A stretch of DNA of 64,000 bases from Methanomassiliicoccaceae archaeon (GTDB lineage: Archaea; Thermoplasmatota; Thermoplasmata; Methanomassiliicoccales; Methanomassiliicoccaceae), in contig CAVSJV010000002.1 of NCBI GenBank assembly GCA_963728405.1, forward strand, positions 1-64,000, in the 5' to 3' direction. Positions 54,749 to 64,000 of this stretch are shown here, one piece after another. The notes under the pieces are model-generated. The model searched no databases and was not told where the DNA came from. It saw only the letters and a program-made list of their open reading frames with translations. Each line of letters begins with the position of its first letter. Position 1 is the first letter of the stretch. A program made the position numbers and the translations under genes.

Positions 54749-55804
54749 ATGAGGTTCGGCATAGTTGTGCATGGCCCCGAGGTCATCGATTCCGGTATCG
54801 CTCAGCAGGTCCTGGACCGTTTATCGGAGAGGGATGAGGTCCAGGCCACGCTGGGAGGCGCCATGGGCCTGGCGGCCCTAATGGATGCTAGCCTGGAAGG
54901 GAGGATAGCCATCGTCCCCCGGCAGCTGGTCTCCGACGCGCTGGTGGTGATGGACCGGGAAGCCGATGTCGTAGTTCTTCTGAACCGAGCCAAGTCCCGC
55001 GAATCTGGGGTGGCCTTCGGCCGGATGGTGGTGAATAGGTCCTTCTCCGAGCTGACCAGGCCGCTGGTCCAGTTCGATGACGGCTTTTACATCATCTGGA
55101 AGCAAGGACCCATCGGACCGCTGGCCGATCTCATCAAGGAGCTGGGTCTGGAACCCCTGCCCCGTCCCGACCTCGTTGAGCCAAAGAGCGATCGGAGGTC
55201 CCTGCATGGTGTCCGGCCCGGAGAGAACATCTGGGTCAATGGTACGGTGGTCGGTCGGGCCACCGCGACGGAGGTCGCCGTCGAACTGAGGGACGGAAAG
55301 CTCCTCTTTGAGAACGTCGAGGTCAAGGAGCACGGAATGGAGAAGGTGAAGGTGACGGACCTGGGGAGGGCCATCATCCGCTCCGGCTCGGTGAGGAGGA
55401 CCTTCGCGGCCGCCAGAGCAACAGTACCCCCGGTCAGCGATCGGCTCATCCTGGTCGATCATCGCGCCGAGGACGCCATCTTCCGGGCCAGGGGAGCGAG
55501 GGCCGCGGTGACCGTAGGGGACGACACTACCTGCATCTCCTCCTCCTTGCTGGCCAGGCTGGGTGTGCCGGTCATCGGCATCATCGATGGCGATGAGGAC
55601 GGCATATGCCTGGACCGGGCGGCCGCGCCGGGCTCGGCCACCATCTTGTTAAGGCCAGGGAACGACGACCAGCTCGGCGCCCGAGTGCGTGAGGAGATCT
55701 TCGGTGGGCGGGAGGAAACAAGATGGAACGAAGAGCTGGACGAGCTTATCTACAAGATCTCGAATATGGCCGGGAGCGCACTTCTGGAAGTTAATAAAAG
55801 ATAA
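54749..55804 (+). CDS. DUF2117-family protein (methanogen-associated)
   Basis: MRFGIVVHGPEVIDSG, LGGAMG, GENIWVNG, TVGDDTT and GIIDGDED motifs. Confidence 0.8.
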   Translation: MRFGIVVHGPEVIDSGIAQQVLDRLSERDEVQATLGGAMGLAALMDASLEGRIAIVPRQLVSDALVVMDREADVVVLLNRAKSRESGVAFGRMVVNRSFSELTRPLVQFDDGFYIIWKQGPIGPLADLIKELGLEPLPRPDLVEPKSDRRSLHGVRPGENIWVNGTVVGRATATEVAVELRDGKLLFENVEVKEHGMEKVKVTDLGRAIIRSGSVRRTFAAARATVPPVSDRLILVDHRAEDAIFRARGARAAVTVGDDTTCISSSLLARLGVPVIGIIDGDEDGICLDRAAAPGSATILLRPGNDDQLGARVREEIFGGREETRWNEELDELIYKISNMAGSALLEVNKR

Positions 55805-55828
55805 GCCCCTATTCCCCAGGGGAAGGGT

Positions 55829-56146
55829 TCAAACCGGATTGGTGGCCAAGGCCGTGCTCAGGGTCGGCATGTCAGCGCTCAACTGCACGACGTCGGCGAT
55901 GTTCTTCACGTAGTTCACCGGTATGTTCACCCGGGCGGTGCGCAACATCGGCTTCTTGACGTTCAGCTCGTCGACGACCTGCTTGTTCAGCTCTACGATG
56001 AGGGCGGTAACGCTCCAGTTGCTCAGGTCCATCCAGGCACCGGTCAACGTTCCAATGTTTCTGCCGTCGGTCGTGATCACATCACGATTCTCGATACACC
56101 CCATTTCCAGGGGCTTTCCAGTTGTGACCGTAGGTGTCTCTTGCAT
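55829..56146 (-). CDS. PRC-barrel domain protein
   Basis: DVITTDGRNIGTL...IPVNYVKNIADVVQL. Confidence 0.82.
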   Translation of the reverse strand: MQETPTVTTGKPLEMGCIENRDVITTDGRNIGTLTGAWMDLSNWSVTALIVELNKQVVDELNVKKPMLRTARVNIPVNYVKNIADVVQLSADMPTLSTALATNPV

Positions 56147-56209
56147 CAATATCACTCGGGATAAATATAGACAGCCCGCCGTTCATAAGGCTTTCGTGCT
56201 CGTTCGGTG

Positions 56210-57664
56210 TCAGGCTTCCTTCTTCAGGATCTTGAAGAGGATCTCCTTATCTTGCTTGTCCAGGGCCCCGATGCCAAAGAATATCAGGAAATAGGCCACC
56301 GTTCCGATGATCAAAGAAGGAATCAGCGAGACGGAAGGGATCAGCAACAACACCATTCCCATTCCTGCGGCCGCGACCAATGGCTTGAGCAGGATGTCCA
56401 CGAGATTCACCTTGAAGACATGCCGGGAAAGGTAGTACAGCCCCGCGGAGGTGATGCACAGATAAGCGATAGTGAATGATACCGCCGCCCCCACCGCTCC
56501 GAAGAATGGTATCAGGGTGAAACAGAGGGCGGCGTTGACCAGCGCTCCCAGGGTGGCCGCCAGGGTATTGAAGCGTATGCGGTTGGCCGAGGCCAGGACG
56601 CTCCCGATGCCCGTGCCGAAATAGGTGATGGCGATGACCGGGAGCATGATCTGGAACACCTGGGCGGAATCCCAGAACGTAGGGGCGTAGATGAATTGGA
56701 TGATCTTATTGCTCAGGATCATTCCGCCCACCGTCACCGGCAGGCCCAGGGCGAACATGTACTTCATGACCTTCTGCTGCGTCAACCGGGTAAGGTCGGT
56801 GGACGTCTTGTATAAGCGGGAGATCACCGGCAGCAGAGCGGTGATGAGGATGGTCGGGACCGCGATGAGCGCTATGACCAGATTGAAGCCGAGGTTGTAG
56901 ACGGCGGTGGAGTGGGCGGCGGTCAGGGGATCGGTGCCCGACCACAGGGCCAGGTTCATCACCAGCACCGCGTTGACGGAGTAGAGGGAAGTGATCATGA
57001 CCCCGGCCATAGCGTAGGGGATGGCCGTGTGGAGCTGCCCCCTCGCCTCATGCCGGTCAGGCCGGCGGGCCGGGCGGACGATATAACGCGAGGTGATGAG
57101 CAGGCTGAGGCCGACGTTGAGTATGCTGCCCACTAACACCACCAGGACGACGGCGATGAGGCCATACCCTAGCAGTAGGAGGCCGATGGCCACCGAAACG
57201 GTGAACATCCTCTCGATGAGATTGGTGTAGAGCACATAGTGCATCCGTTCGAACGACGTCAGCATGGACGTGAAGACCAGAGCGATCCAATTGAACGCCG
57301 TGGACAGGGCGATGATCATGATGGACAGGCCGATCAACGGGGGCAGGCCGGACAGCAACACCACCCCCAGGGTGATGCCCATGCACAACGCCCCCAGGAC
57401 GCCCCTCAGGTAAAGCGTGTTGGTCAGGTACTGAGATGCGATCTCTTTGTTGGGAGCGACCTCCACCACCATCTGGAACCCCAGCCCAAAGTCGGCCAGA
57501 ATAAAGATAAGGGACGCCAGGGCGAAGGCATAGGAATAGTAGCCGTAATCGTTCTTGATGTAGAACTGCAGAAAGATCGAAAGGATGAAAGTAGATATCT
57601 GGCTGGCCACTTGGACCGATCCCATTGCCAAGGTGTTCTTGGCGACGCTTCTAACCAAACCCAT
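56210..57664 (-). CDS. Wzx/MOP-type oligosaccharide flippase
   Basis: VAKNTL, YGYYSYAFA and LADFGL; about 14 TM helices. Confidence 0.88.
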   Translation of the reverse strand: MGLVRSVAKNTLAMGSVQVASQISTFILSIFLQFYIKNDYGYYSYAFALASLIFILADFGLGFQMVVEVAPNKEIASQYLTNTLYLRGVLGALCMGITLGVVLLSGLPPLIGLSIMIIALSTAFNWIALVFTSMLTSFERMHYVLYTNLIERMFTVSVAIGLLLLGYGLIAVVLVVLVGSILNVGLSLLITSRYIVRPARRPDRHEARGQLHTAIPYAMAGVMITSLYSVNAVLVMNLALWSGTDPLTAAHSTAVYNLGFNLVIALIAVPTILITALLPVISRLYKTSTDLTRLTQQKVMKYMFALGLPVTVGGMILSNKIIQFIYAPTFWDSAQVFQIMLPVIAITYFGTGIGSVLASANRIRFNTLAATLGALVNAALCFTLIPFFGAVGAAVSFTIAYLCITSAGLYYLSRHVFKVNLVDILLKPLVAAAGMGMVLLLIPSVSLIPSLIIGTVAYFLIFFGIGALDKQDKEILFKILKKEA

Positions 57665-57742
57665 GGTCACCGATCCCTAACTTGACAGCTCAAGTAAGAT
57701 AGCATTTGAGCGGCTGGTATATAATCTGGACCAGATGGCAGA

Positions 57743-57955
57743 TCAGTGCCGGAACACGATCATCAGGACGGCGATGATCAGGAACGCTATCCCTGCCAGG
57801 AACAGGTCGCCGGTCAGGAACCAGACCACGAAGGCGATGATCGCCGCGGGGAGGAAGAGAAGTATGCTCCCCACGACCACGACCAGGATGATCAGGCCTA
57901 TGGCCAACAAGAAGATCAGCGCGATGATCGAAAGCCCCGCTTCCAGAATGAGCAT
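57743..57955 (-). CDS. Small, very hydrophobic membrane protein
   Basis: About 70 aa, almost entirely aliphatic; AGGTTGA RBS-like site upstream. Confidence 0.7.
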   Translation of the reverse strand: MLILEAGLSIIALIFLLAIGLIILVVVVGSILLFLPAAIIAFVVWFLTGDLFLAGIAFLIIAVLMIVFRH

Positions 57956-57987
57956 TTTCAACCTAGTCGATGATATGAATTCCCTTA

Positions 57988-58941
57988 CTAATCAACATTC
58001 CCGTGCTGGCCCCTGCCGGCCCTGGTGCGGAAATAATCGACGGTCCGGCCGAGCCCCTGCTCCAGCGGCACCTGTGGTTCCCAGTCCAGATGCTTCCGGG
58101 CCAGGGTGATATCGGGGTTCCGGCGGGTCGGATCGTCCTGGGGCAGGGGGCGATAGACCAGCTGGGAATGTCCGCCCACAATGTCCTGTACCATCTCGGC
58201 CAGCTCCTTGACCGTGCTTTCCCGGGGATTGCCGAGATTGATCGGCCCTTTGACATCGGCGTTCATCAGCCGGTATAGGCCTTCCACCAGGTCGGAAACG
58301 TAGCAGAACGAGCGGGTCTGGGTGCCATCACCGTACAGGGTGATGTCCTCACCGCGCAACGCCTGCACGATGAAGTTGGAGACCACCCGGCCGTCATCGG
58401 CCTGCATCTTCGGCCCATAGGTATTGAAGATCCTGGCCACCCGGATGTCCACGCCTCTCTGCTCGCCATAAGCGAACATCAGAGACTCGGCGACCCGCTT
58501 TCCCTCGTCGTAGCAGGAACGCGGCCCGTTGGGGTTGACATGGCCCCAATAGTTCTCCTTCTGTGGATGGACCAGAGGATCGCCGTATACCTCGGACGTG
58601 GAGGCCTGCAGCATCCGGGCGCCGTAGCGCTGGGCCAGCTCCAGCATGTTGCGCACCCCGTCAGTACTGGTCCGGATCGTCCGTACCTTGTCCTTCTGAT
58701 AATGAACGGGGGAAGCGGGGCAGGCCAGATTATAGATCTGATCGACCTCGAGGTCCAGTGGTTCGATGATGTCGTGGTCGACCAGGCGGAAATGCTCAGA
58801 GCCCTTTAGCTCGGCGATGTTGCTAACACTGCCAGTATAGAAATTGTCGACGCAGATGATCTCGTTACCGTGGTCTAGCAGATGCTTGCAGAGGTGGGAG
58901 CCTATAAAGCCGGCCCCACCGGTGACCAGGACCTTCTTCAT
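57988..58941 (-). CDS. UDP-glucuronate decarboxylase (UXS) family SDR
   Basis: [30 protein letters not shown] and RSCYDEGKR motifs. Confidence 0.93.
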   Translation of the reverse strand: MKKVLVTGGAGFIGSHLCKHLLDHGNEIICVDNFYTGSVSNIAELKGSEHFRLVDHDIIEPLDLEVDQIYNLACPASPVHYQKDKVRTIRTSTDGVRNMLELAQRYGARMLQASTSEVYGDPLVHPQKENYWGHVNPNGPRSCYDEGKRVAESLMFAYGEQRGVDIRVARIFNTYGPKMQADDGRVVSNFIVQALRGEDITLYGDGTQTRSFCYVSDLVEGLYRLMNADVKGPINLGNPRESTVKELAEMVQDIVGGHSQLVYRPLPQDDPTRRNPDITLARKHLDWEPQVPLEQGLGRTVDYFRTRAGRGQHGNVD

Positions 58942-59039
58942 GATACGGTCATGCGGCAGGTGGTTTAAAAAGAATATCTGTTCCTGACGTCCGGTCCACG
59001 AGTAAACATAATAAGACCAACGTTGGCTATCTGAACATC

Positions 59040-59927
59040 GTGAACGTATTGGTCACGGGGGGATCGGGACAGCTCAGCTCCTATCTATTCGAGGAGCTTG
59101 GACCGAAGCACGAGGCATGGGGCGTGGATATCCGGGAACCGACCTTCCCGAGTGCTATGGGGAGGACCACGATCGCCGATATCCGGGATCCGGCCGCCAT
59201 GCTGAAGGCGTGCCGGGGCGCTGACACGGTCATCCACACGGCCGCCCAGGTCTCGGTCCAGAGATCCACCGAAGATCCTGCCATGGACGCCGAACTGAAC
59301 GTGCTCGGCACGATCAGAGTACTGAAAGCGGCCCGAGATGCCGGGGTCAGGAAGTTCATATTCATCTCCAGCGCAGCGGTGTACGGCAACCCGCGATACG
59401 TGCCAGTGGACGAAGGGCATACCACCGTTCCGCTTTCTATCTACGGTGCCAGCAAGCTCGCCGCCGAGCAATTCGTCCAGGCGTTCGGCTCCACCTTTGG
59501 GCAGGGGTGGGCGATCGTGCGGCCGTTCAACTTCTATTCGCCGCGAGCAGATCCCAAGAGCCCCTATTCCGGAGTGATCACCAAGTTCACCGAGAGCGCC
59601 AAGGCGGGCGTTCCCATGAGGATCGAGGGGGACGGCTCCCAGACCCGGGACTTCCTTCATGCCGCGGACGTGGCCCGGATGGTGCGGGCCGTCATGGAGT
59701 CCGATATCGATGCGACAATATGGAACGCCGGCTCCGGGCGGGGGACCAGCATCGCCGAGCTAGCCGATACGATCAAGAAAGTGTGCCCCCGGGAGACATG
59801 TATCGAGCACATCGCTCCGAGGTTGGCGGACATCAAGCACTCAGTGGCAAAGGTGGAACGCGCCAGAGAGACACTGGGCTTCTCCACCCGCATCTCCCTG
59901 GAGGAGGGCCTCAAGGCCTTCTTCTGA
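59040..59927 (+). CDS. NAD-dependent epimerase/dehydratase
   Basis: [20 protein letters not shown] and DGSQTRDF motifs; atypical GGSGQLS loop. Confidence 0.88.
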   Translation: MNVLVTGGSGQLSSYLFEELGPKHEAWGVDIREPTFPSAMGRTTIADIRDPAAMLKACRGADTVIHTAAQVSVQRSTEDPAMDAELNVLGTIRVLKAARDAGVRKFIFISSAAVYGNPRYVPVDEGHTTVPLSIYGASKLAAEQFVQAFGSTFGQGWAIVRPFNFYSPRADPKSPYSGVITKFTESAKAGVPMRIEGDGSQTRDFLHAADVARMVRAVMESDIDATIWNAGSGRGTSIAELADTIKKVCPRETCIEHIAPRLADIKHSVAKVERARETLGFSTRISLEEGLKAFF

Positions 59928-59935
59928 AAGATTAT

Positions 59936-60304
59936 CTAGAACTCAATGATGTTCTGGCCGTCCTTGATGAAGACGGTCATGTCGATGTTGTAGTTGTAGT
60001 CCTCAGTAGTGCCGTCGATCATCTCGATCTTGGCCTTTATCTTGTTCTTCTCAAATGTGATCTGAGCGTTCTTGACCCGCGCTTTGTAAAGATTTATCCT
60101 CTTCCCGGCCCGGGTTAGCTTTCTCTCGTCGCAATAGATGAGGCCGGCGGACTCGAGCAGGTTGATCTTCCGGTAGCACGCCGCGATCGGTATACCAAGC
60201 TTCTCGGATAGCTCGAAGGCGCTCTTGGCCTTACCCATGGTCGCTAGCAGGATCTTGGCGGAATACTCCTCGGTCAGGAGCCTTGAGGTCTCCAATGCGT
60301 GCAT
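59936..60304 (-). CDS. Archaeal winged-helix (ArsR/HTH_20-like) protein
   Basis: LLTEEYSAKIL..SAFELSEKLGIPIAACYRKINLLESAGLI; AAGGTGA RBS. Confidence 0.85.
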   Translation of the reverse strand: MHALETSRLLTEEYSAKILLATMGKAKSAFELSEKLGIPIAACYRKINLLESAGLIYCDERKLTRAGKRINLYKARVKNAQITFEKNKIKAKIEMIDGTTEDYNYNIDMTVFIKDGQNIIEF

Positions 60305-60559
60305 CGTGTTTCACCTTAGGTCGGGGACCGGCTAGCGGAATATAAAAGGTATCTCGGTTGATTATCACAAATGAATATTTCCATTTATCATTTAGCCAGA
60401 CGTCCCTTGGAGACCCCGGATCGAGCCTGAGTCTCGGTATTGGGAATTAGATTATGAGGATAAAAAACCACGCTCGCCGGCCTGCCCGCTTAGGCCATCA
60501 TGCATCTCCGGTCAATAGTGTTATAAGCATCCCATCTGATTCCTGGGCGAGGCTTTCAA

Positions 60560-60628
60560 TTGGGTTGTGCAAAGTGCGCCGCTGGCAAGAAGAAGGACGA
60601 CAAGAAAGACACCAAGAAGAAGAAGTAA
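60560..60628 (+). CDS. Putative 22-aa CxxC, Lys-rich microprotein MGCAKCAAGKKKDDKKDTKKKK
   Basis: TTG start after GAGG; TTATAAGC TATA box at 60521-60528; pyrimidine-rich tract downstream. Below the ORF-track size cutoff. Confidence 0.6.
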   Translation: MGCAKCAAGKKKDDKKDTKKKK

Positions 60629-60672
60629 TTCTTCTTGGAATGTCCGTTTGTCCAAACCCTATACTTTTCCCT

Positions 60673-61548
60673 CTACTTCTCTAATGTGACCGGACGCGCG
60701 GCCAGGAAGATGGCCGCGAACACCAGGGCCGCCCCGAAGATGGTGACCGGTCCCAGTGGTTCGCTAAGCAAGATCGCGCCGAGAAGAACGGCGAACACGG
60801 ACTCGGACAACAGGACCGTGGCCGAGGTGGTCAGCGACAGGGACCGTAGACCTATGGCCCATAGCATGGTAGGCACGGAGGTGCACAGCAGCCCGACGTA
60901 TAGGAGAGCCAGGGGTGAGATGGAGGCCGCATCCCCAGGGCCGCCTCCCAGCACCATGAGGAGCAGCAGCGGCATGACGCTCAGCAGGTGGAAGGACATG
61001 ACCCATTCGTCGTAGCCCATGCGCTTGGTCGCGATCTTGGTCAGCGGATAGGTCACGGCGATGGAGAAGGAGGCGCCCAACAGGAGGATGTCCCCCAGGA
61101 ACATGCTCGAGCTGAGGAAGGAAATGTCCCACTCAGTGGTTACGGTGAACAGACCGAACAGACCGATGGCCACGCCCAGCGCCCGTCTCCAGCCGATGAC
61201 CTCGCCGAAGAACAAGGCCGACAGGGGGGCCACGAAAATGACATTGCTGCCGACGATCAGGCCGCCCACCGAAGCGCTCGTTATGGTCAGACCAACGTAC
61301 TGGCAGGCGATCATCGAGGTGGCCGCCAGCATGCCTGCCCACACCTCCCATCGCCGGAAGATGGTCCAGTCTACTCTCTTCCTCCGCTTCACAATGAGCA
61401 GGGCGAGGATGCCGCCGATGGACATGGTCAGGGCGCCGAAAAGGAACGGGCTCGCCCCCCCCAGTCCGCCCTTGATGACCACGTATTGGGAGCCGTACAG
61501 CAGACTGGCGATGAGGGAGAGAAGGAGGGCGAACCTCTCATTGCTCAT
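60673..61548 (-). CDS. EamA/DMT family transporter
   Basis: Two EamA repeats with about 10 TM helices; LLSESVFAVLLGAILLSE. Confidence 0.88.
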   Translation of the reverse strand: MSNERFALLLSLIASLLYGSQYVVIKGGLGGASPFLFGALTMSIGGILALLIVKRRKRVDWTIFRRWEVWAGMLAATSMIACQYVGLTITSASVGGLIVGSNVIFVAPLSALFFGEVIGWRRALGVAIGLFGLFTVTTEWDISFLSSSMFLGDILLLGASFSIAVTYPLTKIATKRMGYDEWVMSFHLLSVMPLLLLMVLGGGPGDAASISPLALLYVGLLCTSVPTMLWAIGLRSLSLTTSATVLLSESVFAVLLGAILLSEPLGPVTIFGAALVFAAIFLAARPVTLEK

Positions 61549-61713
61549 CCTTTCGAACGCTCTGACGGCCGTATATCCCACCCACCTCTACCGATCAAGG
61601 TCCCGATAAAAACGCTCCTTGCAGATAGCCTTTGCCGAAGTTCGCTCCCCTCAACGAATTCTGATTGTTGGAAAGTTATTTTGACTGCTTGGTCCCTTAA
61701 GCAACTGAATTCT

Positions 61714-62565
61714 ATGTTCGAGAGGATATTGTTCCCCCTTGATTTTTCTGAGCAGTCCCTTCAGATGTTCGATTGCCTGCTGGAGCTAAAGCACTTGGGC
61801 ACCAGGGAGATCATCTTATGCAATGTTCACCCGCTCGGGGAGGAACTTTCCGTGGAGCAACAAAAGATCATGGACGACCTCAAAAAAAGCCTGGATGACT
61901 CGGGCATCGCAGCGATAGAGGCGATAGAGCAGGGCGATCCAGTCGAGCAGGTGCTGAAGGTGGCAGAGAGGGAAAAGGTCACCTTGATCGCGATGGCCTC
62001 CAGCGGCAAGGGGAAGGCGAGGGAGTTCTTTATCGGCTCGACCTCGTTCGGCATCCTGCGGTCGTCGTCCTGGCCGGTGCTCATCAACAAGTTCCAGGTG
62101 CTGGAGAAGGGCGACCATAAGGAGGTCCGACCGAGCTGCAAGTCTATCTTCCGCAAGGCTCTGGTGCCCATCGATTTCTCGACCTGTACTCCGGTGGCCA
62201 TGGACCTTATCCCCAAGCTCTCGAAGCTTGGCCTGCAGGAATCAGTTCTCTTTCATGTCGTGGAGAGCTCCAAGGCCAACATGGACGACGAGGAGCGGTT
62301 CAAGGAGGTAGTGGACACGGTGCTGAATGGCCTGGACGGACTGCGGGAGAAGCTGGAGGCCCAGGAGTGCAACGTTACTACCCACGTGCATTTCGGGACG
62401 GTGGCGTACAACATCCTGGAAGCATCCAGGGAGCTGGAGGTGTCCCTGGTCCTCCTGGGCGCCCACAGCAAGAGCCTGTTGCACGAGCTGGCCCTGGGCG
62501 GTAACTCCGAGAGCGTGATCCGGAAGTCCTCGGTCCCTTTGTTGATCATCCCTTGCGAGCGGTAG
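61714..62565 (+). CDS. Tandem universal stress protein
   Basis: ILFPLDFS, IGSTS, LVPIDFS and LGGNSESVIRKSSVPLLI motifs. Confidence 0.9.
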   Translation: MFERILFPLDFSEQSLQMFDCLLELKHLGTREIILCNVHPLGEELSVEQQKIMDDLKKSLDDSGIAAIEAIEQGDPVEQVLKVAEREKVTLIAMASSGKGKAREFFIGSTSFGILRSSSWPVLINKFQVLEKGDHKEVRPSCKSIFRKALVPIDFSTCTPVAMDLIPKLSKLGLQESVLFHVVESSKANMDDEERFKEVVDTVLNGLDGLREKLEAQECNVTTHVHFGTVAYNILEASRELEVSLVLLGAHSKSLLHELALGGNSESVIRKSSVPLLIIPCER

Positions 62566-62570
62566 GGAAG

Positions 62571-63131
62571 ATGGTCGCGGCAGATCTGAGGAAGGCCCTT
62601 CTCGTCCTTTTGGTCAGCTTCATATCCGCGGCCTGGGGCCTGTGGAACGGTCTGGCCTACTGGTCCACTTTATCCCTGCTGGCGGTGACCTGGGTGGCCT
62701 GGACGATCTGGCGGAAGGTAGAGGTTAATACTACCACTCCGATGATGGTGGCCACATCCCTGGCCGCCGTACTTGTCCTCGGGCTGGCGGGTGGTCCGAC
62801 CACCTGGTCATTCCTGGCGGACATCTTCGCCCCTGTCCTCCTCTACTCGCTCACCATAGGCACCATCGCCCCCACCCTAGGCGCATCAAAGGCCTGCGGC
62901 CCACGGACAATGGCCCTGATGGCCTTCCTGGCCACGGTGGCCGCCGGCTGCATCGTCCTATTGGCCCTCTACTATCTTGATGCCCTGCTCTCGACGACCT
63001 ATCTGAACGGGAACAGCGATCTGATGTGGCCTTTATCGATCATTCTCCTGGGCGCTCTCCTGATCTCGACCGTGGTCCATGTCTCCGGCCTCGAGGAGGT
63101 CATCTGGGAAAGTAAGGAGGTGTCGGGGTGA
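62571..63131 (+). CDS. Hypothetical membrane protein
   Basis: Multi-TM ORF whose stop overlaps the next start. Confidence 0.65.
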   Translation: MVAADLRKALLVLLVSFISAAWGLWNGLAYWSTLSLLAVTWVAWTIWRKVEVNTTTPMMVATSLAAVLVLGLAGGPTTWSFLADIFAPVLLYSLTIGTIAPTLGASKACGPRTMALMAFLATVAAGCIVLLALYYLDALLSTTYLNGNSDLMWPLSIILLGALLISTVVHVSGLEEVIWESKEVSG

Positions 63132-63730
63132 GAGAGCGCATGGAGATGGGGCTGTACATCGTTATCGAGATAGGGCTCCTGGGGACCCTGCTGCTGAGCG
63201 TCTACCAATCGGCCCTGTATCCGGCCATGACCGCGCTTATTGGCATGGTCATCATAGCACTACCATGGGCGCTGTACCGGAGAGGAATCGCCCACCTGCC
63301 CTGGCCGGTGACCCTGGCGGCGGGGTCGGTGCTGCTGCTCCACTCTCTCGGCATAGTGTTCCAGTTCTACGACCTGCTGTGGTGGTGGGATACCATGACC
63401 CACATGATGGCCACCCTGATCATTGCCATGGTGGTCTCCCTCGTCCTCCTCTCCCTCGGCCGCTTGATGCCCGGAATGGATGTGCCGATGAACCTTGTTC
63501 CGGCGATGACCCTGGCCTGCGTCATTCTCTTTGGGGTGGTCTGGGAGGTGCTGGAGTTCGCCTTTGATGGGGCATTGGGATTGAACATGCAGTACTCCTT
63601 GGACGACACTGCCACCGATCTTACCTTCGATATCCTGGGTGGCGGTCTGGTCGCCCTGGCCATCTACCCGCTGCTGGTCAATATCAAGAATGCCAGCAGC
63701 AGTATGTTCTATCTTAACGAGCACGACTAG
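63128..63730 (+). CDS. Membrane protein with WWDxxxH / WExxEF / DTxxD motifs (DUF2238/VanZ-like)
   Basis: LLHSLG, WWDTMTH, WEVLEF and DDTATDL. Confidence 0.7.
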   Translation: MRERMEMGLYIVIEIGLLGTLLLSVYQSALYPAMTALIGMVIIALPWALYRRGIAHLPWPVTLAAGSVLLLHSLGIVFQFYDLLWWWDTMTHMMATLIIAMVVSLVLLSLGRLMPGMDVPMNLVPAMTLACVILFGVVWEVLEFAFDGALGLNMQYSLDDTATDLTFDILGGGLVALAIYPLLVNIKNASSSMFYLNEHD

Positions 63731-64000
63731 GCGTGTTTACGCATGAGGCCGCCTACGAACTGGCGTAGCTCCGGCCCCAGCTCGGGGTCCTCCAACGCCA
63801 GCTCGAACGTGGTCTTCAGCCAACCGAGCTTATCGCCGATATCATACCTGGTGCCTTCGAATACATAGCCATGCATGCATTCCTGCTGATTCAAGAGACG
63901 CAAGGCGTCGGTGAGCTGAACCTCCCCTCCCTTCCCGGGCGGGGTTTGCTCCAGGCAGTCGAAGATCCCTGGCGAAAGGACGTAAGTGCCGGTGATGCCG
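63727..64000 (-). CDS. galU: UTP--glucose-1-phosphate uridylyltransferase, 3' part
   Basis: The minus strand reads GTYVLSPGIFDCLEQTPPGKGGEVQLTDAL...RYDIGDKLGWLKT...RKHA*. Confidence 0.88.
   Translation of the reverse strand, partial: GITGTYVLSPGIFDCLEQTPPGKGGEVQLTDALRLLNQQECMHGYVFEGTRYDIGDKLGWLKTTFELALEDPELGPELRQFVGGLMRKHA

Noticed and set aside
60454-60684. 76-aa ORF from the track
   Set aside because: It starts upstream of the TATA box and lacks coding-like composition. The 22-aa ORF in another frame fits the promoter and RBS better.

Overview
The window is a composite of two unrelated genomes. Positions 1 to ~45,080 look like a very GC-rich actinobacterium (Thermoleophilia/Solirubrobacterales-like by gene content and style, which is an inference). 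This part carries aidB, an anchor-less sdhA-sdhB-CCG (type E) complex, asd/lysC, PadR-MMPL, pstSCAB, gapdh-arsJ/arsR, recR-ybaB-dnaX, a large Alu-type SRP RNA and tRNA-Val(CAC). The tRNA is followed by an ~8.5 kb island packed with toxin-antitoxin and nucleotidyltransferase genes. Many genes in 1-36.5 kb are broken by single-base indels, most likely uncorrected long-read errors. From ~45,080 to 64,000 the DNA is visibly less GC-rich, essentially frameshift-free, with TATA-type promoters and methanogen-type genes (Methanomassiliicoccales-like, inferred). It contains trpEGD (trpD cut at the junction), Isf, a membrane protein plus two geranylgeranyl-reductase paralogues, cobO, ZIP, DUF2117, a PRC-barrel protein and surface-glycan genes. 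The best leads are the NTase/TA modules of the island, a candidate RBS-sequestering RNA upstream of a cation transporter, a zinc-ribbon/pseudo-phosphoesterase trio beside pst, the membrane protein-GGR-GGR operon, and an unannotated 22-aa CxxC/Lys-rich archaeal microprotein with its own promoter. Family calls come from motif recognition only; no database was searched.
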